A DNA stretch of 32,000 nt from Candidatus Thorarchaeota archaeon (GCA_008080745.1 SHMX01000005.1:30001-62000), one strand, 5' to 3'; positions 1 through 8,969 are shown, counted from the stretch's first letter. The notes: generated from the sequence alone by a model not told the origin. Made by a program: numbers and translations.

Positions 1-160
1 ACCATTATTTTGTGATACGGAGAGGCATATGATTCCGAGTTGCATTCACTAATTGTATTTTACACTTATAAAAGGTCGGAATCCCGTGATAAATTACTGA
101 AAATCTGTTATCGAGTCCTGTACTATCTGTATTTGTCAGACTGGATTCTCGAAGAACATT

Positions 161-201
161 AAAAGAAAAATGAAGGAATGTGGTGGATATGTCGCCACCA
201 C
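161..201 (-). terminator. Putative terminator of tfb: 7-bp stem-loop followed by a U-rich tract
   Basis: GTGGTGG (180-186) and CCACCAC (195-201) form a perfect 7-bp stem with an 8-nt loop. The minus strand then reads TTTTTCTTTT (170-161). It lies ~30 nt after the tfb stop. Confidence 0.6.
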
Positions 202-231
202 ACAGAACCAATAGGATTGCGGGCGGTTCAA

Positions 232-1176
232 TTACGGTCTAATAGTGATTTGTAGGTTTGTTGCAAGGTCCTTGTACCTGTTTCGCACAGTGACCTCGGT
301 CACATTGCTGGCTTCTGCAATCTCGCGTTGTGTGCGTCGGTCGTCCTCGATAATACCTGCAATATACAGAGCAGCTGCAGCTAGACCACCAGGATCTTTG
401 CCAGCGGTGATTCCTTTTTCTCTGGCTTCATTGATGATGTTCATAGCTGTCTGAACTGTCTTTCCGTCCAATGCTAGGTCTGCAGAAATTCTTGGCATAA
501 GGTCATTTGCTGATGGGATTGGGACTTTAACATCTACATAACGGAGAATAAGCCGTACACATTGGCCGAGTTCCTTGCGATTGACTCGTGCCTCTGTTAC
601 AATCTCATCAAGTTGACGAGGTATCTTATGGATTCTACAAGAAAGATAGATTGATGCTGAAACCATCCCCTCAATGCTTCTTCCCCTGACAAGTCTCTTT
701 GTTAGTGCTTTTCGGTATATCAGTGCGGCTGTTTCTTTGGTGTCCCGTGGAATACCTAATTGGGATGTTAGTCTATCCATCTCACTCATAGCAATACTGA
801 GATTTCGATGTTGTGAACTGTGGACCAGCGTTCTAATCTGCCATTTTCGCATACGGTATATCTCGGCACGTTTTGTGGCTGCGATGGCTCTTCCATTAGC
901 ATCACGGTCACTCCAACTGATAGTTGTTGCTAGTCCCTTGTCCGCCATAGTAAGGGTCATTGGTGAACCTGTCCTAGCTCTAGCATCTCTCTCTTCAGCA
1001 GTAAAGGCACGCCATTCTGGACCTGTATCCATAATTCGTTCATTCACAACACATCCGCATGATGTACAGATGTTCTCGCCTCGCGTAGTATCTTCATAGA
1101 AATCTGTTCCACCACAGATGGAGCAGACAGCTGATCTTTTTCGCCTGTCACTCAAGGCCCGGACTGGTTTCGCCAT
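232..1176 (-). CDS. tfb: Transcription initiation factor IIB (archaeal TFB)
   Basis: N-terminal Zn ribbon CSIC..CTSC, B-reader DTGPEWRAF, two cyclin repeats, C-terminal TEVTVRNRYK motif. AGGTGA SD just upstream of the ATG. Confidence 0.97.
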   Translation of the reverse strand: MAKPVRALSDRRKRSAVCSICGGTDFYEDTTRGENICTSCGCVVNERIMDTGPEWRAFTAEERDARARTGSPMTLTMADKGLATTISWSDRDANGRAIAATKRAEIYRMRKWQIRTLVHSSQHRNLSIAMSEMDRLTSQLGIPRDTKETAALIYRKALTKRLVRGRSIEGMVSASIYLSCRIHKIPRQLDEIVTEARVNRKELGQCVRLILRYVDVKVPIPSANDLMPRISADLALDGKTVQTAMNIINEAREKGITAGKDPGGLAAAALYIAGIIEDDRRTQREIAEASNVTEVTVRNRYKDLATNLQITIRP

Positions 1177-1354
1177 TTTGAATCACCTGATTGAATTCTC
1201 TCTAAAATCTGGTCTTCTGTCGGAATCCAATAAGCAGCAATTGTAGAGAGAACGCTTTTCCGATTTGCCTCATTTTCAGTATTTAAGTGTAAGCATCTAT
1301 GAACGAATGTTCTAATCGTTTAAAAAAATCTACTTTGTATCAATTAGATAACTG

Positions 1355-1391
1355 AAAAAATAGTGGGGGGAATAATGGTGTTCCTTCCCCC
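1355..1391 (-). terminator. Putative terminator after the 193-aa gene
   Basis: GGGGGAA (1366-1372) and TTCCCCC (1385-1391) form an inverted repeat, followed on the minus strand by T6 (1360-1355). It starts 10 nt after the stop codon. Confidence 0.55.
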
Positions 1392-1401
1392 TTCCAGGTT
1401 A

Positions 1402-1983
1402 CTATTCGAGACAACTCATCTCACGAATTACTGCATCGGGAATAATGTGGATATTTTCAAAAATAGTATCTCCACTTTCAATCTCTGTCTTTGCAAGAGC
1501 AATTTTTACCAGACCATCTTTTCTACCTAGATAGTATCCGGCCAGATATTGGATTGGTATATGTTTCTCAATAGCTTCTTCTTTGGTCATGGGACAACAT
1601 TCGACTCCCGGACTCTCATAGCTCACTTCTACTATCTCGTGACCATCACAAAAATCCAGACGGGAAAGGTGTTTCGTCCTTCCGTCAATTCTGTCCTTCC
1701 CACTTATACTATGAACAGCACTTGCATCATAATGGAATGGATCTCCTCTCTGCTTGTGAATGCTACTCACTAGATATACCGTTTTGTCCTCCATTGACTC
1801 CACTTTGTTACTTCCATCATCAACGAATTTTTTGTCTGTACTCTCGCCAACTACATAACGAATATGATAGTGTTTTGCATCTACCAGCTTTTTACTATCT
1901 CCTTCTTTCACAGTTATCATGGTATTATCCCACAATTCTATTGGTTCGAAAGGATTGTTTTCTAATTCACTCATCACTGACAC
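1402..1983 (-). CDS. Hypothetical protein, possibly two small beta-barrel (Sm-like) units
   Basis: 193-aa ORF with protein-like composition and a terminator-like element directly downstream. The fold is a guess from the C-terminal pattern VEVSY..LAGYYL..VKIALA..IIP..VI. Confidence 0.7.
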   Translation of the reverse strand: MSVMSELENNPFEPIELWDNTMITVKEGDSKKLVDAKHYHIRYVVGESTDKKFVDDGSNKVESMEDKTVYLVSSIHKQRGDPFHYDASAVHSISGKDRIDGRTKHLSRLDFCDGHEIVEVSYESPGVECCPMTKEEAIEKHIPIQYLAGYYLGRKDGLVKIALAKTEIESGDTIFENIHIIPDAVIREMSCLE

Positions 1984-2140
1984 CTGATTGTTTTAACTAT
2001 TGTTAATTATGTTTAGTATGCTTATGAAACTTTCGACTAATGATTTTCAAGAAACAGATTGAACGAAATATGGTCTGTCTATCTTGGAATGTAATAATAT
2101 CTGATATAAGTCACCAATCACAGATACGGTACAAATAACA

Positions 2141-2863
2141 ATGGTATTTCAGGTGGTATATGAAATGGCTTTCGGTTTGCTTCATTATCTATTCCTAGTT
2201 TCGGGTGTACTAATAATAGGATGTATTCTGTTTCTCTCTAGACGCTATAGTAATCAGAAAAACACCTTGACCTTGGTATTCACGCTATTTTTGATTTCCT
2301 ATGCAATAATTGCGTTTGCGTATGGATTTAGAGGATTATTCGATCCTCAAACTACACCAGAGATTATCCTCTGGATTTTGACAAATTTGATGTATCCCAT
2401 TATGGTTGTTCCTTTGGCTGTCTTTCTCGCCTATCCTTATCTTCAAGAAAAGATTGGAACCCCTACTGGACTCATAACCCGTATAATTATGATTTTTGCC
2501 TTTCTAGTAGTTGTTTTCAATTGGGGAGTGATTTTCACCTCTGATATCGAGTATACCTACATCGATGTCTTTGGTCTTACTCATTATTCTCTGGTTTCAG
2601 ATTTTGTTCCCTATGCATATTACTTGACCCTCTTTCTAGATATAGTTGTAGCGACTTTTTCAGCAATCTTTTTGGCTATATCATTCAGGAGGGAAACAGA
2701 TTCCGTATACAAACAGAAGGCATTATTCCTCCTTGTCGGTTGGTTGTTAATATCTTATGGACAATTGCTTCTACTGAGTGCAACTCTTGCAATTATTCAT
2801 CCTCTGACTTCAATGAGTGGTGTTATTCTCCTTGTACTTGGAGTTGTACGTAGCGGTTCCTAA
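2141..2863 (+). CDS. Stand-alone 7-transmembrane protein (HisKA_7TM/GPCR-like topology)
   Basis: Seven hydrophobic segments by eye, no cytoplasmic catalytic domain, ends 22 nt before a small GTPase gene. Confidence 0.8.
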   Translation: MVFQVVYEMAFGLLHYLFLVSGVLIIGCILFLSRRYSNQKNTLTLVFTLFLISYAIIAFAYGFRGLFDPQTTPEIILWILTNLMYPIMVVPLAVFLAYPYLQEKIGTPTGLITRIIMIFAFLVVVFNWGVIFTSDIEYTYIDVFGLTHYSLVSDFVPYAYYLTLFLDIVVATFSAIFLAISFRRETDSVYKQKALFLLVGWLLISYGQLLLLSATLAIIHPLTSMSGVILLVLGVVRSGS

Positions 2864-2885
2864 AACGTAATAATATGATTGTACC

Positions 2886-3407
2886 ATGGATGTCAAAGTG
2901 AGAACCAATATGACCTCCAAGATTGTAAAGATGGCATTGGTGGGTGCTGGTGGTGCTGGTAAAACTACCATTGCCTCTCGTCTAATCACAGGTGAATTCA
3001 TTGAAACCCTAATGACAATTGGGATTAACATTGAAACTTGGACATTAACAGATGAGGAGAGCGATTCTGATGTAAAAGTCGCGCTTTTTGATCTTGGAGG
3101 ACAACAACAATTTCGCTTCTTTCAGAAGAGCCTGCTTGCGGGTACCCATGCAGTCATTCTGGTTGTTGATATGACTCGATTAAAGACACTCTTTGAGCTG
3201 GATGATTGGATTAGACTGATTCGACATGTTCCTACGGACATGTGGTTACTCGTTGGAAACAAATGTGATGACAATCCTATGATGACCGAGGAGGACATCA
3301 GAGAAAAAGCTGTGGAACTTGGAGTTCCATATGTCATCCTCAGTGCAAAGACTGGTGAAGGTTTTCAAAAACTGACAGATATCATTATAGACATGATGCG
3401 AAAGTAA
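2886..3407 (+). CDS. Ras-superfamily (Rab/Arf-like) small GTPase
   Basis: G1 GAGGAGKTT, G2 TLMTIG, G3 DLGGQ, G4 NKCD, G5 SAK. An alternative ATG is at 2910. Confidence 0.95.
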   Translation: MDVKVRTNMTSKIVKMALVGAGGAGKTTIASRLITGEFIETLMTIGINIETWTLTDEESDSDVKVALFDLGGQQQFRFFQKSLLAGTHAVILVVDMTRLKTLFELDDWIRLIRHVPTDMWLLVGNKCDDNPMMTEEDIREKAVELGVPYVILSAKTGEGFQKLTDIIIDMMRK

Positions 3408-3493
3408 CTCTGTTTATTCTCCTCAATCAACCTTTTTATTGGCATAATGAATTATGATACTTAACCAATATTCAGCTCTCCAGAGGTATTTGT

Positions 3494-4336
3494 GTGTCTA
3501 AGTCCGAAAAAGAAGTGTATGTGTTTTGTGAACAGTGTAAAAAGAATGTTTTACTGAGAGTACCTCTTGATTCTGATGCGGCAACTCGTGGCGGTCTCAT
3601 GTCGGTGGTATCAGTTCATGGAGATCCACCCCATGCTCTAATGGCATATCTTGACGCACAATTTAGGGTACGTGGTGTTGAATATCCGGCAGCAGCCCAG
3701 ACTGGCGATACTGGTAAAATTGAATCTGTTCCAGAAAGCAAGGTAGAACAATTGGAAGAGAAAGTAGAGCTCGGCATTCCTGCCCTTCTTGGTATGCTTC
3801 ACTCAAAACAAAAGGATGCTATCAAAGCACTGTCCATTATTATGGTCAACCTATTGACTAAGAAACGCATTTTTCTAATTCATGATGAGGAACAAATCGG
3901 CTCTTCGGTCATTTCAGCTCTTCATGATATTGTATCCTCTCAGGAAGAATTGATTACCCTGATCAGTCATGAGATTCTATCTCAGAGCGATTTGAATCCT
4001 TTCTGTGTTTATGATTTACAACAGACCAAATTTATTCACAAAGGGCCTAAGATTGATTCTAAGTATTTTGAGCGTACCCTGGACGATATAACAAAACATG
4101 AGAATCCATATTTTCGATTAAAGAATGAGATGAGCAAAATTGTTTACGCTTTTGAAAAATTACAAGAGATTCTTTCTTCTTTGTCCTCTCCTATTCTCGA
4201 TACAAAATTAGCAATGGATGCATCTATTGATTATGAGCTAATGCCCTTCCTTCTTGAATTGGCCGAGTCGGAGGGCATTGTTGTCCGGTCACTGGTTCAG
4301 AAAGATGGCTTGGGTAGAGCATTACGCAGCATCTAA
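3494..4336 (+). CDS. GTPase-associated protein: N-terminal CxxC/H/H putative Zn domain plus a DENN-like core
   Basis: 280-aa ORF with GTG start. N-terminal C12xxC15..H42..H47. The segment IIMVNLLTKKRIFLIH..IGSSVISALHDIV resembles the cDENN consensus as I recall it. Confidence 0.7.
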   Translation: MSKSEKEVYVFCEQCKKNVLLRVPLDSDAATRGGLMSVVSVHGDPPHALMAYLDAQFRVRGVEYPAAAQTGDTGKIESVPESKVEQLEEKVELGIPALLGMLHSKQKDAIKALSIIMVNLLTKKRIFLIHDEEQIGSSVISALHDIVSSQEELITLISHEILSQSDLNPFCVYDLQQTKFIHKGPKIDSKYFERTLDDITKHENPYFRLKNEMSKIVYAFEKLQEILSSLSSPILDTKLAMDASIDYELMPFLLELAESEGIVVRSLVQKDGLGRALRSI

Positions 4337-4357
4337 GCAATCTTAGAAATATTAACT

Positions 4358-4975
4358 ATGGTTAACCTTAATAAGGTGGAAACCCAACCTATATTGATGG
4401 AAATGTTAGAGTATGTTATTATTGTACTTGCAGTCGCTCTTTTTGGATTACAACACAGTGGTTTATCAGCACTCTCTGTGAAGACACGCATTATTGATCG
4501 TTGGGGAAAGACTGGTTATTCAAGACTCTACACCATTTCTGCGGGTATCACACTTCTCCTAGCATTTCTTTCGATGCAATTTTGGGACTGGTTCTATTTT
4601 CTATACAGTCCTGTTAATATTTTCACCTTTATCATCGGTTTAGTCTTAATTGTAATTGGAATGATAATTGCGTATATTGCCACAGGGGTGATATCAGTGA
4701 GCACCGTTGCTGATATGAGAACAGATCGAAAGGCAGAACTAGTTACTGATGGTATTTACTCGCGAATTCGTCATCCCTTATATCTAGCTACAATTCTCTT
4801 ATTCTTGGGTCTCGCACTGTTGTACTTTCCTTACTTGGAGGTGTTAGTATTCTCATTTGCTATGATTGGATACACGTTGATTGGGGCATATCTTGAAGAG
4901 AGAAAATTGGTGATTCATTATGGACAGGATTATGAACAATACCGAAAACAAGCTGGTTTCATCTTGCCAAAATGA
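4358..4975 (+). CDS. Isoprenylcysteine carboxyl methyltransferase (ICMT/PEMT/MddA-like) family membrane methyltransferase
   Basis: Multiple TM helices, hallmark LVTDGIYSRIRHPLY motif, EE..L...YG..Y..Y..Q C-terminus. Confidence 0.9.
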   Translation: MVNLNKVETQPILMEMLEYVIIVLAVALFGLQHSGLSALSVKTRIIDRWGKTGYSRLYTISAGITLLLAFLSMQFWDWFYFLYSPVNIFTFIIGLVLIVIGMIIAYIATGVISVSTVADMRTDRKAELVTDGIYSRIRHPLYLATILLFLGLALLYFPYLEVLVFSFAMIGYTLIGAYLEERKLVIHYGQDYEQYRKQAGFILPK

Positions 4976-4981
4976 GATGGT

Positions 4982-5440
4982 CTATCCGAAGTGGTTTCCC
5001 TTTGAATCAAGCATCTTCTGAATCTTTGATAGATGCCGTCCTCTTTTTACAGCTTTGGGGCTTATTTCATGCACTTTGCCATGCTCAACTACGTAATGTT
5101 CAACCTCCAATTCCGGGATGAAATGACGTTTTACATCCTCTGTGATAAAATGTAATTGGACACAATGAGGGCTGCCATCCACCGAAAGGACCACTATTCG
5201 TTTGAGTTGAGAATAACGCACAAAAGAGGCAATCTTGAAACCTGCTTGATTAACGTGAGATTCTTCCAAGCAGATATGAAGAACTGCATACCCTTCATCT
5301 CTCTGGGCGAATTCTTCAACTATCTCAGGATATCTCTCCATCATACAGGTTCCTATTAGAAGTAGTTGCCCCTTCTCTCGTATGTATTGAGCGCCTACGT
5401 TAGTACTCATTAATGGTTGCGATTCATCCATGAAGACCAC
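4982..5440 (-). CDS. Conserved putative Fe-S/metal-binding protein
   Basis: Motifs IGTC, ICLEESH and VDGSPHCVQLH resemble the stand-alone form of a domain found with 4Fe-4S ferredoxins. It abuts the upstream gene exactly. Confidence 0.7.
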   Translation of the reverse strand: MVFMDESQPLMSTNVGAQYIREKGQLLLIGTCMMERYPEIVEEFAQRDEGYAVLHICLEESHVNQAGFKIASFVRYSQLKRIVVLSVDGSPHCVQLHFITEDVKRHFIPELEVEHYVVEHGKVHEISPKAVKRGRHLSKIQKMLDSKGNHFG

Positions 5441-6400
5441 CTACCATTTTCTTCTGATTGGTGGTTCTTTTTCTTCTTCTCTTGGTATCCATTGGTCTAC
5501 CAAGGGTGCAGCAACTCTACCTATGATATCTCCTTCAAATACATAGTTCATACGTGCTAAGGATACAATAGCTCCATCATAGGGGCTTTTTACCTTGCCT
5601 CTGCCTTGTATCTCCCCAATGACATCGTTATTTCGAATGACCTCTCCTAGATTCACCTTGGGGACAAAAAATCCTTCATTATCTGCATTGATGTGTTGAA
5701 GTCTACCGGTGAAGATGCTTGAGGTTTCTATCTTCTCTCCTGGTATCATATCTTTAATTCTCATCAGATTGACAATGGCCTCTCTTACCTCCACTGCAGC
5801 CTGACTGTCAATCTCGTTCTTTGAACCTCTCATTTCGATGGAAACTGTAGGTATACCCTCATGAGCTGCCTCTGTTGTAAGAGATCCCCTAACGCCTGAA
5901 CTCTCAATTACCAACGGAAGGGATATTTGTGAGGCTAAGTTTCTAACATGGATATATTCTCGGTGCATTGCTATGACATGGCTAACGCATGCCTGTAATC
6001 CCGTCTTTAGATGAATTACAAAGTCGGCCTGGACTGCTCTTCTCCAAATTTCCCATGAAATCCGTTCTGTCACTGTTCCATGTTCATTTCCTGGGAATAC
6101 TGAATCCATGTCTTTCGAATCCAGTGGTGATACCTTTGTGCCTAGTCGAAAGGCTAATGGATTACCAACGGGTAGGACCGTTACAGAGCCATCGATTCGG
6201 TCGAGTTTCTCAAGATGCTGCATTATCAGAAAACTGGCATACATTCCAGTTGCTGAGAGACCGTCCATTGCAGCAAGGATGAGTACATTTGGTCTTTCTC
6301 TGCCAAATGTGTAAAATCCTAAGGTCGTACCTGTCTTGGGGTCGATATCGATTGCATCAACGGAGGCTTTTACCATATTCATCCCTTCTGCTGACTTCAT
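5441..6400 (-). CDS. Succinylglutamate desuccinylase/aspartoacylase (M14-like) family protein with degenerate Zn site
   Basis: Family scaffold (GSVTVLPVGNP, VFPG..GT.TER, GIPTVSIE) plus a C-terminal barrel-sandwich hybrid region (VKSPYDG). Canonical metal ligands are replaced. Confidence 0.85.
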   Translation of the reverse strand: MKSAEGMNMVKASVDAIDIDPKTGTTLGFYTFGRERPNVLILAAMDGLSATGMYASFLIMQHLEKLDRIDGSVTVLPVGNPLAFRLGTKVSPLDSKDMDSVFPGNEHGTVTERISWEIWRRAVQADFVIHLKTGLQACVSHVIAMHREYIHVRNLASQISLPLVIESSGVRGSLTTEAAHEGIPTVSIEMRGSKNEIDSQAAVEVREAIVNLMRIKDMIPGEKIETSSIFTGRLQHINADNEGFFVPKVNLGEVIRNNDVIGEIQGRGKVKSPYDGAIVSLARMNYVFEGDIIGRVAAPLVDQWIPREEEKEPPIRRKW

Positions 6401-6472
6401 TTCAATCTTGTACTTTTATCTAATAAGAAGCAGTGTATCACTTGGTTGGAAACTAGTGAATCTCTCGATTCT

Positions 6473-7198
6473 CTAGAAATTAAAGAGAAAGACATCTGTA
6501 CATCGCTCATCAGAGGAAAACGTGTCATGTCTACTAATTGCATAAGGGCTCCCTACCGATTTATGCTCAAACTCAAATAGGTCAGTATGTCCACAGCGTT
6601 CCGGGTTACCAATCCATATGAGGGGTATTCCGGATTCAACTAAATTGGCGCTTGCCATTGATAGGTATGGTTCCCAACTAACGATTGTCAGTGAGGGTTC
6701 GAATGTTTGAATAGTTTCTATAGCTGTCATTTTTTGTACCCATTTAGGATATCCAATATTATATCGCCCCGTCTTAGCATCTGTAGCTATAATTTTTTGA
6801 TCAATCTCCCGTTTCAGGAATTCTGACAATCTGCCATCTCCACTCATGACTTCAGCTATAATGATATTTTGTTTCTGGGGAGTAATGCTCTCTCGTACGA
6901 TATCTACCAGTTCGTGTATAAACTCTTGACTATATATTTGAAATATCCACCTTCCTCCAGCATTGGATCCATTACAGTATTCTTTTACGGAAAACTCGTT
7001 CTCAATGACTCCGAAGAGCTCGATAACTTTTGAGAACGGAAGTAGTTCCTCATGGACATCTATGAAGACATCTTCTCGCTCATACATCCATTTGGTAGAC
7101 ATACGCGGCGTTCTATCTACTCTCCTTTTTTCACTATCCATTCCGTCATAATCCACAAAGGTGATTACAAACATTATTCGATTTCGAAACTTTCCCAT
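6473..7198 (-). CDS. Putative class I SAM-dependent methyltransferase-fold protein
   Basis: IAEVMSGDGRLS (motif I-like) followed by IIATD (motif II-like) and IVSWEP. The start codon is uncertain. Confidence 0.65.
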   Translation of the reverse strand: MGKFRNRIMFVITFVDYDGMDSEKRRVDRTPRMSTKWMYEREDVFIDVHEELLPFSKVIELFGVIENEFSVKEYCNGSNAGGRWIFQIYSQEFIHELVDIVRESITPQKQNIIIAEVMSGDGRLSEFLKREIDQKIIATDAKTGRYNIGYPKWVQKMTAIETIQTFEPSLTIVSWEPYLSMASANLVESGIPLIWIGNPERCGHTDLFEFEHKSVGSPYAISRHDTFSSDERCTDVFLFNF

Positions 7199-7269
7199 GC
7201 TTGGTCATACTAAGTAGGCATGATACAAAAGCAAAAAGACCTATATACTTACTTTACTAATCTATCATA

Positions 7270-7782
7270 GTGGTCCTAATGGCAATCACACGAAGAATAC
7301 TACTGGTATCAGTACTTGTCATGTGTCTGACCTTCGCTTTACCCACGACGGTTCAGGGATGTGATGCTCAGTGCAAATATGATGATTTCAGTGTGGTCGT
7401 TGATTATGCCAATTATCTGGATCTTGACGGGGATTCTGCGGAAGACGACGTGTTGACCATTGCGCGGGTTTATCGAGATACTCAATATTCATCTGTACTG
7501 AAAACAAAGATATTCTCCTTTGTACAGGTTCCATCAGGAAGGATGTTTCACAGCATCGTGAATGTGAACGGTGATTATTCAAATCTTGTGATCACAATCG
7601 AGTGGTTTAACACAGCAAAAGAAGCTGGTTGGTACGACCTTGATATCTTTGTGATAGTTATCACAACAGATGGGGCTCAGTTCCTTTATACCAGTTTATC
7701 CTTTGATCCGCCTGAAGGCGGCGATCCTGGCCCTCCGTTATATCCGGATGTGGAAATCAACGAAACTGTAAGTCTGTCATAA
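7270..7782 (+). CDS. Secreted hypothetical protein with a DxDGD Ca-binding-like loop
   Basis: N-terminal RR plus hydrophobic signal peptide, DLDGDSAEDD motif, beta-rich body, Pro/Gly-rich C-terminus. Confidence 0.75.
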   Translation: MVLMAITRRILLVSVLVMCLTFALPTTVQGCDAQCKYDDFSVVVDYANYLDLDGDSAEDDVLTIARVYRDTQYSSVLKTKIFSFVQVPSGRMFHSIVNVNGDYSNLVITIEWFNTAKEAGWYDLDIFVIVITTDGAQFLYTSLSFDPPEGGDPGPPLYPDVEINETVSLS

Positions 7783-7832
7783 GATGTGCCTGTGGAAACC
7801 CACTCTGGGTGAGAGAGAGTGTGTGTGTAGCG

Positions 7833-8969
7833 ATGACCGGAAAACGACTCAAGGATTATCTGTCCCTTTTAATCGCATTACAGAATAATCCATTTGGGAC
7901 TACAGATGAACTTTCCGATGAATCCGATATATCCAAACCCACAGTAATAAAGCGTCTTCGTGTGCTACAGGGTGCAGAACCTATTGTTCCAGAAACCAGT
8001 CCGAAAAAATACTTTACAGTCGAGCCAATTCTGGATTATAGTACATTGGGCCTTGAACCAGTTGATATTCTTGCAGAAACTAAGACTCTTGATGGTGTAA
8101 AGGCTTTAGAGCAAATTGCACTTGCACATCCCTATACTGTTTACCGCAGTAGGTGTTTTGGTTCTCCCAATGGGATACTACTGCAATTTCGAACCCCGCT
8201 TGATACTAGAAAGAAAATCGAAGAATTGTTCGAATCGTTATGGGATCGAGATATTTTACTTAACTATCAGATACTCCCAACCAATAATTCAATTGTTCGT
8301 TATACATCTATGCAGCTAAAGGGGTGGGATGCCAACGATGCAAGATGGGAATTTGATTGGAAGACATGGTTCAATTCACCGACCAAGAAAACCCTTGAAC
8401 CGCTTCCCGAATCTGAGCCAGGGAAATCTTTGGAATGGATGACGAAAAATGATCTTCATATCATTCGAGAGCTGATGATAGACACGAGAAGAAAAAATAC
8501 TGAAATTATAGATGAATTAGAATCGAGAGGTATTAGCTTTACGCCTCAGACTTTTGGTCGTCATCTTCAGATAATCAAAGATGAGTGTATTCGAGGCTAT
8601 CGTGTGGTGATTGCACCCGAGCCTTTCGATGTGCTCAATAACATACTAGTTATAGGAAAATCCGAACAATCTCATCTTGAAAAACTGGTTGCTAAGACTC
8701 AATTTCGGGACTTTCCTTTTGAGTCTACGATACGAATTGCTGATGAGAACCTATTCTGGTTTGTCCGGTTAAATCAACATCATATCTCACCATTTTTGAA
8801 TGGCCTATTCGATACTCTCAAAGAAACAAAGATTTGCTTTTTGGACTATGAACACTCATACCTCTACAATATCTGGCCTGATGCTTTTGATGAAGATAAA
8901 AAAGAGTGGCGTGCTGATGACGCCTTTTTACTTGACAGAGTTCTCTCAAGTTTGAAGAATCTTCACTAA
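7833..8969 (+). CDS. Tandem Lrp/AsnC-like winged-helix transcriptional regulator
   Basis: HTH1 (TTDELSDESDISKPTVIKRLRVL) and HTH2 (DLHIIRELMIDTRR..TFGRHLQII..IRGYRVVI), each followed by an alpha/beta effector-like domain. The ATG at 7833 is preferred over the GTG at 7809. Confidence 0.8.
   Translation: MTGKRLKDYLSLLIALQNNPFGTTDELSDESDISKPTVIKRLRVLQGAEPIVPETSPKKYFTVEPILDYSTLGLEPVDILAETKTLDGVKALEQIALAHPYTVYRSRCFGSPNGILLQFRTPLDTRKKIEELFESLWDRDILLNYQILPTNNSIVRYTSMQLKGWDANDARWEFDWKTWFNSPTKKTLEPLPESEPGKSLEWMTKNDLHIIRELMIDTRRKNTEIIDELESRGISFTPQTFGRHLQIIKDECIRGYRVVIAPEPFDVLNNILVIGKSEQSHLEKLVAKTQFRDFPFESTIRIADENLFWFVRLNQHHISPFLNGLFDTLKETKICFLDYEHSYLYNIWPDAFDEDKKEWRADDAFLLDRVLSSLKNLH

Noticed and set aside
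5-211. 68-aa minus-strand ORF after tfb
   Set aside because: It spans the tfb terminator-like hairpin, U tract and a TATA-like run (TTTATAA, ~67-73). No recognisable protein features, so probably intergenic.
3390-3407. CaaX/CC prenylation signal on the GTPases that would explain the ICMT-like neighbour
   Set aside because: Neither GTPase has a C-terminal cysteine.
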